In this document: in pieces, positions 28,545 through 42,000 of the stretch | Position numbering within the stretch: position 1 is the stretch's first letter | Layout of the letters: every line of letters begins with the position of its first letter | Virus record (IMG/VR): IMGVR_UViG_3300029904_000004 | Coordinates: 1 to 64,000 of that record | Direction: 5' to 3' (one strand) | Origin: a virus | DNA: 64,000 nucleotides | Notes under the pieces: generated by a model | What the model was told of the DNA's origin: nothing | Seen by the model: the letters and a program-made list of their open reading frames with translations, nothing else | Databases searched by the model: none | Made by a program: the position numbers and the translations under genes

Positions 28545-29314
28545 ACACAAATTTTATAAAAAGAGGAACACGAATATTTACAACACCGTTAGGATTAGAT
28601 TATACTTTAAGGACTGACGTTGCTTATAAATTGTCTTTCGACGGATGGGAGGGAATTTGTTATCTTGAAGAAACAAAATTACCTGTATTCCCAGAAGGAT
28701 GTTATACAAAAACGATAGATAAATTTATAAATAAAGTACTCGTTAGTTTTAATAGTGCAACTAATTCTAATACGGGAGTATTGCTTACAGGATTGAAAGG
28801 TTCTGGAAAAACACTTACAGCAAAACGATTAGCTGTACGTAGCGGTATTCCTATGATTATTGTAAGTGATAATTGTCCTGCATGTAAATTGATAAATTTC
28901 TTTTCTAATATACATCAAGAAGTATGTGTAATATTTGATGAAATAGATAAAAATACCAAGATGTGGGATACTTCACAATTATTATCATTTCTTGATGGTT
29001 TTGAAACATTGTGTAAGAAATTAGTTATATTTACATGTAACAATGTAAGTTTTGCAAATGAGAATCTCATAGACCGTTGTTCAAGGATTCGTTATTTTAA
29101 AGAATATCAAGGTCTTTCTGAAGAAGAAATAGACTTTATATTAGACGATTTGTTGTTGTATGATGATAAAAAAGACGTTTGTAAAAAATGTATATCGTCT
29201 ATAAAAACAAAGAGTTATGATAATATTATTTCTTTTATTAAAGAAGTAAATAATTATAAAGACGAAGACCCTGAAGAATTGTTAAAAGATTTGAATATAA
29301 ATGTAAAACAATGA
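28529..29314 (+). CDS. AAA+ ATPase
   Basis: Walker A GLKGSGKT and Walker B VIFDEIDK. Confidence 0.75.
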   Translation: MQYIMNTNFIKRGTRIFTTPLGLDYTLRTDVAYKLSFDGWEGICYLEETKLPVFPEGCYTKTIDKFINKVLVSFNSATNSNTGVLLTGLKGSGKTLTAKRLAVRSGIPMIIVSDNCPACKLINFFSNIHQEVCVIFDEIDKNTKMWDTSQLLSFLDGFETLCKKLVIFTCNNVSFANENLIDRCSRIRYFKEYQGLSEEEIDFILDDLLLYDDKKDVCKKCISSIKTKSYDNIISFIKEVNNYKDEDPEELLKDLNINVKQ

Positions 29315-30279
29315 ATATAACAATTCCATATTACGATGATGTTTCGCGTATCTCAAATTCTAATATAGGCTGGTTCATTAAATATGGGCCGGCCTATTTG
29401 CATAAAATGCTGACAACTCACCCAGAAGAACAAAGTACAGCAGCCATGCGAAAAGGTACAATGATACATATGTATTTATTACAACCTGAAGAATTTGTAA
29501 ATACGTATGAACAAAAGGATTTTATAGAACCTAAATCTGTACAACAGAAAAAGTTCTGTGAAAGCCTTATAAATACATTAGAAATAGAGCCAAATAAAGC
29601 CCTTCTGAGCGCATATAAAGATAGTTATAGTACAGTTGGCCAGTCAGAGGATTTAATGCTCTCTAAAGCAAAGGAAATGGCCTCTACGTTTAAATCTTAC
29701 ATCGAGTATAATAAAAACCCGAACAGTAAGACTAAAATATCACGATATGATGTAGCAATGCTTGAAAATATACGTGATAAAGTACAGGAACATAAACTTG
29801 CAAAAGAACTTATAAATCCTAAAGAAGGAGAAACACACCACGAGTTTCATATAAACTGGGAACATTGTGATGTACAATGTAAATCGTTATTGGATAGTGT
29901 CAACTTTAATTTTAAAGCTAAAATATGTACACTTGTAGATTTAAAAACTACTGTACATATTGGTTGTTTTGAAGAAAGTATGAAAGAATATGATTATTTA
30001 AGACAACTCTGTTTTTATCAGGAAGCTTTAAAATGGTATATAAGTAATGAATTACATCAAGACCCGATGGATTGGATGTTTGATGTATACATTGTAGCTA
30101 TAGACACTGTAAACGATAATGAGATACGTGTATTTAGGTTTTATCCTTCACAGATTAAGTCACGTTTACAAACTATCGAAAATGTCTTAAAAGAGATTAA
30201 ATGGCATCAAGATACTGATAAATGGGAACATCACAAACAATATTATGACGGTGATGGAAGTGAAACATTGAGCCTATGA
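29311..30279 (+). CDS. RecB/Cas4-family PD-(D/E)xK exonuclease
   Basis: LVDLKTT (DxK) followed by QLCFYQEAL (QxxxY). ATGA overlaps on both sides. Confidence 0.75.
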   Translation: MNITIPYYDDVSRISNSNIGWFIKYGPAYLHKMLTTHPEEQSTAAMRKGTMIHMYLLQPEEFVNTYEQKDFIEPKSVQQKKFCESLINTLEIEPNKALLSAYKDSYSTVGQSEDLMLSKAKEMASTFKSYIEYNKNPNSKTKISRYDVAMLENIRDKVQEHKLAKELINPKEGETHHEFHINWEHCDVQCKSLLDSVNFNFKAKICTLVDLKTTVHIGCFEESMKEYDYLRQLCFYQEALKWYISNELHQDPMDWMFDVYIVAIDTVNDNEIRVFRFYPSQIKSRLQTIENVLKEIKWHQDTDKWEHHKQYYDGDGSETLSL

Positions 30280-30770
30280 GCCTAAAACTAAAAACAATAA
30301 TTCCTTTTATAGATAAAAATATAACTGAAAAAGATGTATCTCCATGTTCAGGTTTTATTGAAGCGTATCGTTTTGATGAAAACAGACCTAATATTAGAGA
30401 TTGTATATTTTTAGTATATGATGCAAGTATGCATAGTATAGAACAATTCGAACGATTACATAAGTTTAAAAACTTTAAATCGTTACGTAGCACGGTACTT
30501 TATACTATAAAAGGGAAAAAATATACAATTTATGCATTTACAATTACAGATAAAAGTTTATTATTAAATTTAGACAATGCTGTAACATTTGTTCATAATC
30601 CTGCCCGTGTTTTGCAATTTTGGGGCGTGTCTGATGAACACTTTGTGAACAATGTTGTATGTCCGGATAAAATAATATATCCCGACAATACGTATATCCC
30701 AGAAAAGGATTTTATTCCTGATCTGAATGATGTACGTAAAATGCATAAATTAAGGGTGGCCGCTTCGTAA
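30276..30770 (+). CDS. hypothetical protein (164 aa), last gene of the plus-strand block
   Basis: ORF track. Confidence 0.65.
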   Translation: MSLKLKTIIPFIDKNITEKDVSPCSGFIEAYRFDENRPNIRDCIFLVYDASMHSIEQFERLHKFKNFKSLRSTVLYTIKGKKYTIYAFTITDKSLLLNLDNAVTFVHNPARVLQFWGVSDEHFVNNVVCPDKIIYPDNTYIPEKDFIPDLNDVRKMHKLRVAAS

Positions 30771-30792
30771 ATCGGAGCAGTCACCCTTTTTT
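30752..30792. terminator. bidirectional terminator hairpin at the convergence point
   Basis: AAGGGTGGC...GTCACCCTT stem with an inner GCTTCG/CGGAGC stem. TTTTTT follows on the plus strand and an A-run precedes it. Confidence 0.65.
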
Positions 30793-30848
30793 CTTTAGGT
30801 TATTTTAGTCATTACATTATAAATACGACTTTTTTTAATTTTTTTTCA

Positions 30849-33800
30849 TTATCTTAAACTTTCACGCAATTCGCGTTGAAATTCATTTTTTTCTCTATTG
30901 ATTTCTCTCATCTCTCTTCGTATGTCAGGATCTACATATTTTTTAGTCTTTTTAGATTTTTCATCGTTTTTACCAAATATTTGATTTCTAAACGGCATAA
31001 TACTCTTATAATATTTGGTATTTTGATTTATCACATAAGATCCACCTCCTCCGAGAGATTTAGGCATATTCGTATACCAGTTATGTAATCCGACAAAATT
31101 CAATACGTTGAACGTGTGGTAAAATAATCGGCTATGTCCTTTATAATTTCCATTTTTTACAGGATCGTCCAATTTATGATTACTTAATTCTAATGCCTCC
31201 ATTATCATATCTATAGCATGCGCATTTTTATCAAACGACGACGTTGCTGAAGTTATAGATCTGATTAAATCATTCAATGTACTCGCACTATAAAATGTAG
31301 CTCTATCAATAGTCAAACGTATTAAATTATTCTACATCATGTACAACAAGAAATAATCGTCATCGTCAGGATCTTTGTCTTTTAATAAAGAATTCATGAT
31401 AGAATCTATTAAAACTAATAATGCTATAGTTCCAACTTCCATCATAACACGATTCAATGCATAAATTTCATGTCTATTTATGTTATTCTGACCCATTATT
31501 TCTGAAGTTTGGTCAGAATATGTTCCATGTTTAATTGATGCAGAAACGTATTTTAAATACGGCCATATTTTCAAAATTGCAGCAAATGCAGATCTGTATA
31601 TTCCGTTTTCTATTCTGCCTGTTTGAAAATTAAATCCTCCTGTAGGACTATTTTTCTTTACATCGCGTAGATTTTCAGGATCTATAGGACTATTATACAC
31701 AACACCTGTGTTAGGATCTACTTCTCCGACAAAATCTTGATAGTTCTAAAACCTTTCCCACAAACCTACAATTAAGAAGTTACGCATCATAGTTATGAAC
31801 TACGTCCACACATTAGTTTGAGCCCACGTTCTTTCCGCATCCTGTATGATTCCTGTATAAGCGGCAGATCTGGATCTTATCTGTTGTCCTACTTTATACA
31901 AATCTTTTTCAGATATTTCTGTATCATCTTTAGGAACAAATCTTCCATTTTTGTCTCGTTTCATCCGATCGTACATATTCACAGAATGTTTCCACATATA
32001 AATTGCATCTTTATACGTCATTCCTTTATTTTGAGCTTTTTGTAAAAAGGCTTGTTTATTCATCCATTCATGCGTACCATCTTCGTTTACATATTTACGG
32101 TATGCACGCATTGTGGCGGTCATGTTAAGAGCGTTTATGGTATAATCTCCTATAGTAAATCCTTTCATAAGAATTCCGTCAGATACGAATCTCCTTAAAG
32201 CACTTTGGTCTGTATTTTTAAATGTGTCATATATTCCTCTAGATAGACCAAAATACTACATGCCTGCAGTTATTTTACTATACGTATTAACTCTACCCAA
32301 ACTGGCTAAAGCTCTAAATGAATTTATCGTCAGTCGACTCATTGCGAAAAACAAATCTTTTTTATTAATGTATCTTCCGGTGCTTGCGTCTATTCCTAAA
32401 GATACCGCTGTATCCCAAAAAGACACTACCGCAGATCTTAAATTTAATCCCAACATACCTAAACTACTAATCGCTCTAATTTGACCTAGATGTTTTAACC
32501 ATGTTGGAGTATCTGCAACAATATATCTTCGAACCCAATCAAAATATTTCCATTTTTTATCATCGCCGTAATTTTTACCGAGCCCTGTAGATAAATTTTC
32601 GTAATACTGTCTATCCATCATTCCTTCTAATACCGAAATCTAATTAGAACCAGTACCTTCTGCATACGATTTGGCTGCATCTATAATAGCCTATACTTTA
32701 GGTGCCGATTTAGATTTCACTTTATAGTTTTCAGCCATTTTCCAAAAAAGAACAACGTTGCCGATTATATTGGTACTTATATATTCCGGTTTTTCCAACA
32801 TTTGTAGATATCTTACTGGAATATTTTTAATATCAGAACCGTCTGGACGTTTGGTATAATTATACTGTACAAGATCAACATCCGATTCGTTTGGCATAAA
32901 CCATCTATTGAACCAATATGCTAAATTTTTACCAAATCTGGAAAAGAATTTTCGCATCATTATATTAAAAAACCTACTTTCGCCAACTTGTACAAGTCTC
33001 CCATCGTACGGTTTTGAAAACGGTATCTTTTTAAAACTTTCACCCATCAATTCGATACATCTATTCAAAAGAATACGGTTTTCTTCAGATTCGTTTACAA
33101 ATTCGTCATACCTTTTATCGTGATACAAAGCATCTTTTATTTGTACAGCCTCCTGATTAGAAGTGTCAAAATCTTCATTTACATATTCTTTAGAACTATT
33201 TTTAAAATCTATTTTTGAAAACATTCTAATAGGGGTGCGTATTATGCTATTATGTACTTTACCTTCGCTACGGAACTGTTTCAATTGTTTAGGATACGGT
33301 GTTGTAAATATGGACAATGGGTCGTCGTAAGCATAAAACGTTGATTTTATTTTTTCATCTATTTCAGATTCCGATAAACCTTTAGTACGTAAAAATTTAA
33401 TATACCCGTACTTCATTTCTTCAAATTTACTACCTATTAAGTCGGGAACAAGGTCGTACTGACTGTTACTGCCTGCAAGATATATATAATCAAAAATATC
33501 ACTAAACTTAATGTCGTTTTCGTCATACGAATACGTCTCGCGTATAGTTCCTGATAATTTTTTTATTTCAGAATCTAATCGAGCAAGTTCTTTAAAAAAT
33601 TCCAAACTCTTTATTTCACCGGTATTTTCATCATATAATTTATCCCAGTTTATTTGATAAAATTCTTCTCCTCGAACATACGATAATAGTTTAGAGCGTC
33701 TTTTTTTCAGGATATTTAATTCTTTTTCCATATCCTCCATTGAAGAAGGTGTGGGTTTTTTTGTTATTTTTGACCACAATAACGGATTTATTACACGTTT

Positions 33801-36095
33801 TGTAAACATCCTGTCAAATTCTTTTTTGTTTCTGGCTTTCTCTCTTGCTTTTTCATACATGTCCATATCGGACACATATTGTATTTTACCAGCTATGTGG
33901 GCATTCCAATTAGTAAGCTCTTTCGCCGCTTTTCCGTATTCATCTTCGTCGTCTTTAATTGTTCCGTCGGGATTATAAGGATTAGACAATTCCGAATATT
34001 CTTCCTAATATCTATGTAAGTCGTCTAGTTGAGCATCGGTTAACAAATCAGGTCTAAATTCTCCGTCAACTGTACCAGCTTTAAGTACATCGTTTATCTT
34101 CGACTATACTTCGTTTAATAATCTTAAAGTAGAAGGAGATAAATAATCTATTCGCTCTAAATAATATTTTTCTGTAAATCTACGATTAGCGTGATGGCAT
34201 ATCCAACTCTCCATATCACGAAAATAGCCTTTACATATATCGTCAAGCCTTTCGTCTTCTGGGAATACAGGGTCTCCGAATTGGTTTATTTCGAGATTAA
34301 ATTCGCCATTTTCGTCTCTGAAAATATATCGCCCATTTTCGTCTTTCATGTTTGCGATACGTTCTACAACACCTCCTCTAGTGTATAACAATTTTGCTCT
34401 ATAGTCTTCTAAATCTTGATAATACTGTCCTTTATTGATCGGCTCTATGAAATAACCTGTGGTAAGACCTCTTCTGTCTAATGCAGCCATGCGTTTTTGA
34501 TAGTTTCTCTATGTAAATCTGCCTTTCCACTTAGAAGCTTTTATAGCATTTCTATATAATTTATTTAGCTCCAAACCAACTTGCATTGCTGCTGTATGTA
34601 CTTCATTCTGATCTTTATCTATAATTTCCTGAACAAGACGTATTAAAATACTTTTAGATCTACTACCTATGCCTACATACCGCTCGAACGCTTTAACGTC
34701 TCCGTAATCGAATTGATCCTTTAACCATTTTATAGTGTTTACACGAAGACGCTCCCTCTTATCGCCGTCTATTTCTGCAGAATCTAACTCATCTATAGCT
34801 TCATTTATATACTATTCAACTTTCGTACGTAAAGAATCAATATACATGTTTTGTAGAGTAGATACTCGTTGTATAATATTACTGTCTCTCAATAGATCTT
34901 TTAATGCTTGTACAGATTCCTGTATATTTTCTAAAAGCTACTGCTCTTCAGACGAAGGGTTTTGAGGTAAGAAGTCTAAGTTGATATTATCCAACATACT
35001 TTGCATTTCAGATATAATCTTAAAATAATATCCTACAACGTCAGTATGAGTATACGTCAATTGGTCAAAATCTAACTCCTCTGAAAACTATGCGTTGCTG
35101 GCATTAAGTAATTCTCCGTTATTGTCTGCGTATATTTTTCTTCCTGTTCTTGGATCGGTGTTATAAAATACTCTTCGATAATTATTAGCTTTTGCATTAG
35201 CTACCAATGATATACAATTAGTGATTTCCTAATTTGCACGAGATATAAAGTCAGAGAATAGGTCTAATTTCTACAATAACTCCATACAATCATTTCCGCT
35301 CTATACCGCCTCTGATATTCTTGTATTGTGCATTTTAACATTACGAACAGCTTCTTGATTTTCTACAATTTGATTCGAATCTACGTGCTAATTGTGTTTA
35401 GACTTCGATGACTTTTGTTTACTTATAGTACCCTCTATGATTTTTGTAGTAATTTTATCAATCTCTTCTTGAGTAGCAGTTTTTCTACCTTTAGATATAA
35501 AAGTAATAAATTTTTTATTTCTCCTGGCAGCACGTTTAGCTCTTCTGTATGCGTTACGAATTCTTTCCGTAACTCTAGTAGGATTTTCTACGTCTTTCAA
35601 AGCCTCCCTTTCGTTACGTATATTTTCACGCTCAACAGTGTCCGATTCAGGAGTTTCTTTTTCTCTGTCATCCAACTCGGCATTGACTATTTCTATTGTA
35701 GACTTTCCTTCAGAAGCTGCTTTATACGCTAATACAGAATTTATATAATCCTTTTCCTCTTGTGTAAATGCGTATTCTTCGTTTTCTAGTACAGATATTA
35801 CATCCTGGGCTAAATATTCTCCGTTTTCATCTACACCCGAGCTGTCTTCAACCTGATCTTTAAAACGCTGTAAATACGTTTTTCCTTTCTACTGAAGGGC
35901 TTTCTACCTATTACCTGAGTAATAGTCCATAAGGTCTTTAAAAAGCCTTGAATTGGCCCCATTTGGGGCCTTATCCAAAGCGTATCCATTGTTTCTGTCC
36001 CATAGGAGATAAGCCATATCTTCTCCTACAGCTTGTACAAGTTCTTCAAATTCTTGTTTTACTTGTTTATTACTAAAATTCGGACAAAATATCAT
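30849..36095 (-). CDS. large late/virion protein (~1,748 aa) readable only with TAG as sense
   Basis: Eight track fragments (30849..31316 through 35904..36095) share one frame. Every internal break is TAG and the gaps I walked have no TAA or TGA. The true stop is TAA at 30849. The ATG at 36093-36095 overlaps the upstream TGA (ATGA). One spot near 34440-34500 could not be reconciled with the track (see rejected items). Confidence 0.7.
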
Positions 36096-39000
36096 GATTT
36101 ACCTCCTCTGTTACAATGTTTATTAATTTGTTCCGCTTGTTTCTTTTCTTCAGGTGTTGTTAAATCTTGTATGTTTCCGGACAGGGAAGCAGTAGGTTTC
36201 CCAGAATTATCTGTTAATACACGTGGTTGGTTATTTCCAACGTCTACACGAGTGATTTTTCTATCTACAATGTTTCCATTATCGTCGTAATACCTAAAGC
36301 TGTTAGAGTCTGATTGACCGGCATAACAATATGCACAGCTACTGAAACACTTCTTTTCGTTCATTCTAAACATATCCTGATGTGCGCCATAACACATACA
36401 ATCAGGTCTAGAAGTATCTCGCTTATATGTACCGTCTTCAGAAGTAACATCTACACCTGTAAGCCTTTCGATAATCAATGGGTCGAGACACGCAGAAGCT
36501 TTCAGCCCTTGTACAGTAAACGAACAAGTTTCTATTTCTATTTCCGGATCTTTATTCAATTCTCGTAAAATATCACCTACTTGATCTACATACTCGAATT
36601 TAGGAGTAAAGTGTATCTTCCCGATACTACTAGCAGTTACAAGTCGTATTCTCTCAGCAAAGGCTTCGCTTATCATTCTACCCCACCAAGCTTTTATGTT
36701 AGCTTTAGCTTCAGGATGTTTTTCCTTGAAGTTATTCATGAATTGATTACTTATATTCACATCGTCTTGTGAAATTATTCCGTAATACTCTTCCCAGTTA
36801 TACGATTGTCCAGCTTCAGCAAGTGCTGTATTGATACCGCTCACAACTTTTCTCGTGCTAGATGTACCTTCGAGGTAACCGTAAGATTGTACTAACGAAG
36901 TTACAAATTTACGGATACCCATAGACTTACAACGAGCTACAATCTTCTTAATATCCTCCATATTTGTATATCCTACAAGTATAGGGTCTAATCTAACTGT
37001 AGTTGTACGAGGATCCAAATCTCCAGCTTGTATCAATTGTTCAATCCTATCTAACAAGTCGTCGTATTTTAATACACCTTTTTCTAATGGAGTATCTCCT
37101 AGACCTGTAATACTAAAGGAAACCATTGGTGCAACTTTATATTGCTTACAAGCTCTTAATATGTTTTGTATAGGTAGACCGTCATGTTTGGTCCATAGTT
37201 CCATCGCATAATATCTACGAGTATCTCCGAACGGAATTTTATCATTCTCTTCGAGACTTTTGATTATTTCGTTAGCGAAGAACGCAGGATCTGTAAATCT
37301 ACTAACAGATTTTATCATAAGTTTACCAGTCTTGTCGAACACCTGTTTTAATTTAGATATTTCCTCTTCTGTAAACACAGGCTTCACCGTATCTAAGACA
37401 TCTTTAAATGTTAAACCTTTCTTGACAGTTTTTACAGTATCTTGTATCTCAGATGCAACATTAGGATCGTCTTTACCCCCGAGTATTTCTTCAAGATCTT
37501 CCATCTACTGTCTTGCTATAGAAATCTAATCTTTATTATTTATCAAATATCCTATCACCGTAGCGTGACTCGGTCTATTCAATTCTTTATAATAAAGGAT
37601 TGGGGTATTTAATGGAGATTGCAGTATTTTATTTATTATAGCCTGTCTAAATTCTTCAGTAGCCTTCGTATTATCATAATTGTCTCCATACAATAACCAG
37701 CGGTAAAATTGGTCAACAGTACCCGCACCTCTCACAGATTCTGAGAACGGATTTCCGATAATTCCCTATTCTACCGCTTCGGGAGTGTTGTAATTATTAA
37801 AGTTCACTCTATACGCAACTATGCCGTCAGGATTGTTCTTTTGCCATTCTTTATAGTTAGATCGTAAGTTCTAATCTATATATACTCCGTATGTTGCAGT
37901 AAGTATTGTATTCGATGTTGGATCAAATCTTGCAGTATTGCTTTTAGATAATACCAAACCGTATCCGTCATAACCTTCTTGCGTATTCTTTATTACCTCG
38001 TATCGCACTCCTAATTCGTTCTATATTTTTTCTTGTAACCATTGCGCAAACCTTAAAGGAAGTGCCGAACGTCTTGTAGCCATTTGTTTAGGAACAATCA
38101 GTTTAGAGTATTCTGAATTTTCATATTTGGATCTAATATACGCAAAAGCCCGACTATTTGCATTAACAAACGCCTTAAAATCAGAATCTGTATCTTCAAA
38201 TTGACCTTCGTATTGTACGAAATCCCCAGATTCGTTTTGTTGATATTTCTTAACAACTATTCCTTCTGCGTTTTCCGTAAGCACGTTGTTAGAATCGGTA
38301 CGTATTACTGCCTGATTTGTGCCGTTCGCTGACGATACATTTAACTGTAAACGATCTGTTTGAGGAATAGATTCATTTTCCGTATCAAACCCATATATTT
38401 TAGACTGTACTTGCAGATTTTCTGTATAAAGATAGAAATAATCTCTATTTTCTTGCGGTTCGTTTTTATGATATCCTGTAGACGTTTCTACAGTATATAT
38501 ACCAAAACGACCTACGGGAGTGTATACGTCTTTATTTCTACCAACATGTAAAGTCGCAAGTTCTTCAGCACTTATTCCTATAGGATTCTGGAACTTACGC
38601 AATAAAACAGAGCCGTTCAAAATATTTCCGTCTTCGTCGAATTTTACGAAATTCTTTAAGATATCGTCTATTCTGGATATATATTGTTGTGCTGTTGTAA
38701 CTGGTATATTTTCCCTTTCGTATATATGTTTATAAACGTCGTCTCGCTCAATACTGTAGAATTGGTATACTTGAGAACCTATTTTAGTAGAGAATCCTTT
38801 AGGTGTAACCAATCCGTACACAGGTCTCGCAGCACCATTTTTAGTAGCATACGTTGCGATGTTGGTATATAATAAGAATGAGTCTGCACTATTCCTGTTG
38901 GTTCCATTTCTTCTTAATTTTATATATCTCGGGAATGTACCTGTATTTTCTATTCTACGTATATCGTATGTGGGGAATAATATAGCGTATTCACTAGCAT

Positions 39001-42000
39001 CTACAATTTCTCCATTTTCGTCAAGAATGTTGAAATGTCTAGATGTTCCTACAAATCTGTTTACTGATAGACCATCATATGTTGTCGTATATTTATCTGT
39101 ATACGGAATAATTGTGTCGTCGTATGCAAAATTCATAAAGAATTCATCAATATCGAATGTAAATACACCATCTGTACGAGATTCGTCAGAATTAACAATC
39201 TCAACATCACCGGACATAAACTGCTGGTGAGCTTGTCGTATATACTGGTCGTATCCAAAATCTCTTCTCCAGCTTATCGGTACATATTTAAAGAATTTAG
39301 TAAACCCTCTACTATCTGCAGAAGTCATAAATGCGTATATTGCAAGATCGTTAGCTAACTTTCTAATAGCAAGACATTCTTTTGTTAGATTTCCGTCGTC
39401 ATCTGTAACAGTAAATTCTAACAATTGCTGCCATGCGTCAATATAATTATTCATTCCTTCTTGAGAATCGTCCTGTGTATTGTCGAGAGTAATAAAATCG
39501 TAATGTTCGTTTCCAAATTTAGTTAAATACGGCAATCTTCTCAGATTATTGAGTAAGGGGTTAATTATAACTCCGTTAGAAACAAGTTGTTCATATTTAC
39601 CAGATGTATCTTTTAATAACCACTGTTTCAATCCTTCTATCCTTGAAGCAAGTGTACGATTCCCATAAATCATATTTCTCCAATCATCCTCTGTAAAATT
39701 ATTATCACGCAAAGCTTGATTCATACATACTTGTTTTATATACGAAAGTAATGAATTTGCAACTTTTGTATGAGCGGATTCGCTATCGTCGTTAATGTAT
39801 CTACATATATAATCGGTAAGATTACTAAATGATGGAGTAGCTTGTATAGCAATCTGTCCCATAATAAACTAAAGTGTAGTACAACCTATTCTGGTCTTTT
39901 TGTCTATAAACGAATCTTTCACCATATTGTGTAAGGTCTTTTGGTCGAACATGGGGTTTTCAAGCAGTTTGCTATATTTTTTGATATACGACAGTTGTTG
40001 CTGAACCGTGTTTCCTTGTTTCTTGGTATCTATTTTAGTACATTGTACCAGATCATTCAGCGCATTGGCATAAGGAGCAAAAGCATCTTTAGTAATATAC
40101 AATATTTGTTGAATATCTTTCGGTGAGTACATTTTACCATCAATGTCGTATATTTTTTCAGTACTCATATTAGATACCGTAAGACCTTTATTAGGATCTA
40201 TTTTAGACCGTTTATTAACAAGAATATCTTCCAATATGGACCTTGTACCATCTATGAATTTAGGATCGAATATTTTTTCGATTATTTCAAAATAGTTTTT
40301 CTAAACACCCTTTTTAACATTGTCTTTTGATTTAGCATACCGATCCAAACTGTTATCTCCAAATGTATTATGAATATATTCTTGTGTTTTTTTCTATATT
40401 CTTATATATATTGGAGTTGCTGCATCTTCAACAATATTACCAGACTCTCTCAGTTCTACCTATGCTAATTCTCTAATTACAGGTTGATTTAAGAAATACA
40501 ACGCCTAATTTCCAAACCCTGTACGTAATAACAAGTTTATTAAGTTGTACGTAGCTCCGTTTATATTTAATCCTGTCACATACGGATCTTTCGCAATGTC
40601 TACGTGACCATTGATTAAAGCACTGATCCACGATAGTATAGCGTTGCCTTCGTCGTCTACAATGTTACCGAGATTATTTTTATGAAGGAACGTTAATATT
40701 CTACTTGGATTGTGGGCGAATTTTATACCGTATATTTGGCATAATATTTGATTGTTGTTGTTAAGGGCAAACGGACCTATTCCAACCTTTCCTGTAGCAA
40801 ACTGCTGCATCGTTTTCACCTAATTTGACAACTGTTCGTATTGATACGGTTCTACCTCTTTTGCGTAAGCTCCTTGTATTTTACTTACAATACTTGTCAC
40901 TAAAGAAGTATCGTTATCAATAGATCTGTACTTCAAGTGGTCATAACGACGATCTTTAAGTAAATTCAGATACGCTCGCAGCATTTCGTTTGCTAAATTC
41001 TATTTGCCATCCTTCAGATTTATTGTGGTGACTTTTGTACGAGTCTTCTCTTTACCGTTCTTGTCGATATATTTTTCTATAATCTTGTCGTAATATAAAG
41101 AAGACAACATTAATTTATCGATGTCGAAATCGGAACCGGTCAGTTTAGTAAATTCTTTTGGAAGTATTATAGTATCTCTGACTACAGGTATTACGTCTAC
41201 AAATCTTAATGCGGAAATAGATGCTAGCGCCTAAGTAGGAATACGATATCCCATAGTTTGGGCAGAAGCATTATGCCATTCTGTTTCCCCAGTTTTTACA
41301 CCTGAAATAATATCGTTGTCGATAAGCCATTGTTTTGCCTTATTAAAATTGTAAAATATTCCAGGTGGGATTATGTCTTTAAAATAATCTATACTTATCA
41401 CGGCGTCCATAGAACCTTCTTCGTTTATCATCTACAAAGGTTTTCCTCCGTTGAGTTCGTATTTAGAATCCTTATCAGATATAACCTTCATCGGAGAATC
41501 CATACCAAATACAGACCTTTGATAAAACGCATTTCCTTTGAATGTTATGTCTATCGCATTCTTATTGATGACCGAATTTATTATTGTTTCCAGCCACTGT
41601 ACATTGGATACGGTATTTATGTCTACCGGGAATCGTACTGTTTCAGGTATAATATTTCCATCGTTATCTGTTTCGTACGTACAGGTTAATGCATCCAGTA
41701 TATTTTTATCCGCATTTCTATTTTTAAGTTCATTAATCGCAAATTTTGAAAATTTTACAAGGTCTATTTGACCGTTTTTGTCTGTAAACTATTCCATTAC
41801 TCGGTTGTACCCGATGTCTGCCATTTCATTCATTCGGCTCATTATGTAGCTCACATATTCTGAACCGCTGACCGATTTAATTACAATCTTTCCATCTTCT
41901 ACTACAGGCAAAGAATATATCTGTTCAGGTCGTATTGCACTCAATGCTATTTTCATAGCCTGTGTACCTGCCTGCATTTCTTCATCTTCTCTCGGGTCAG

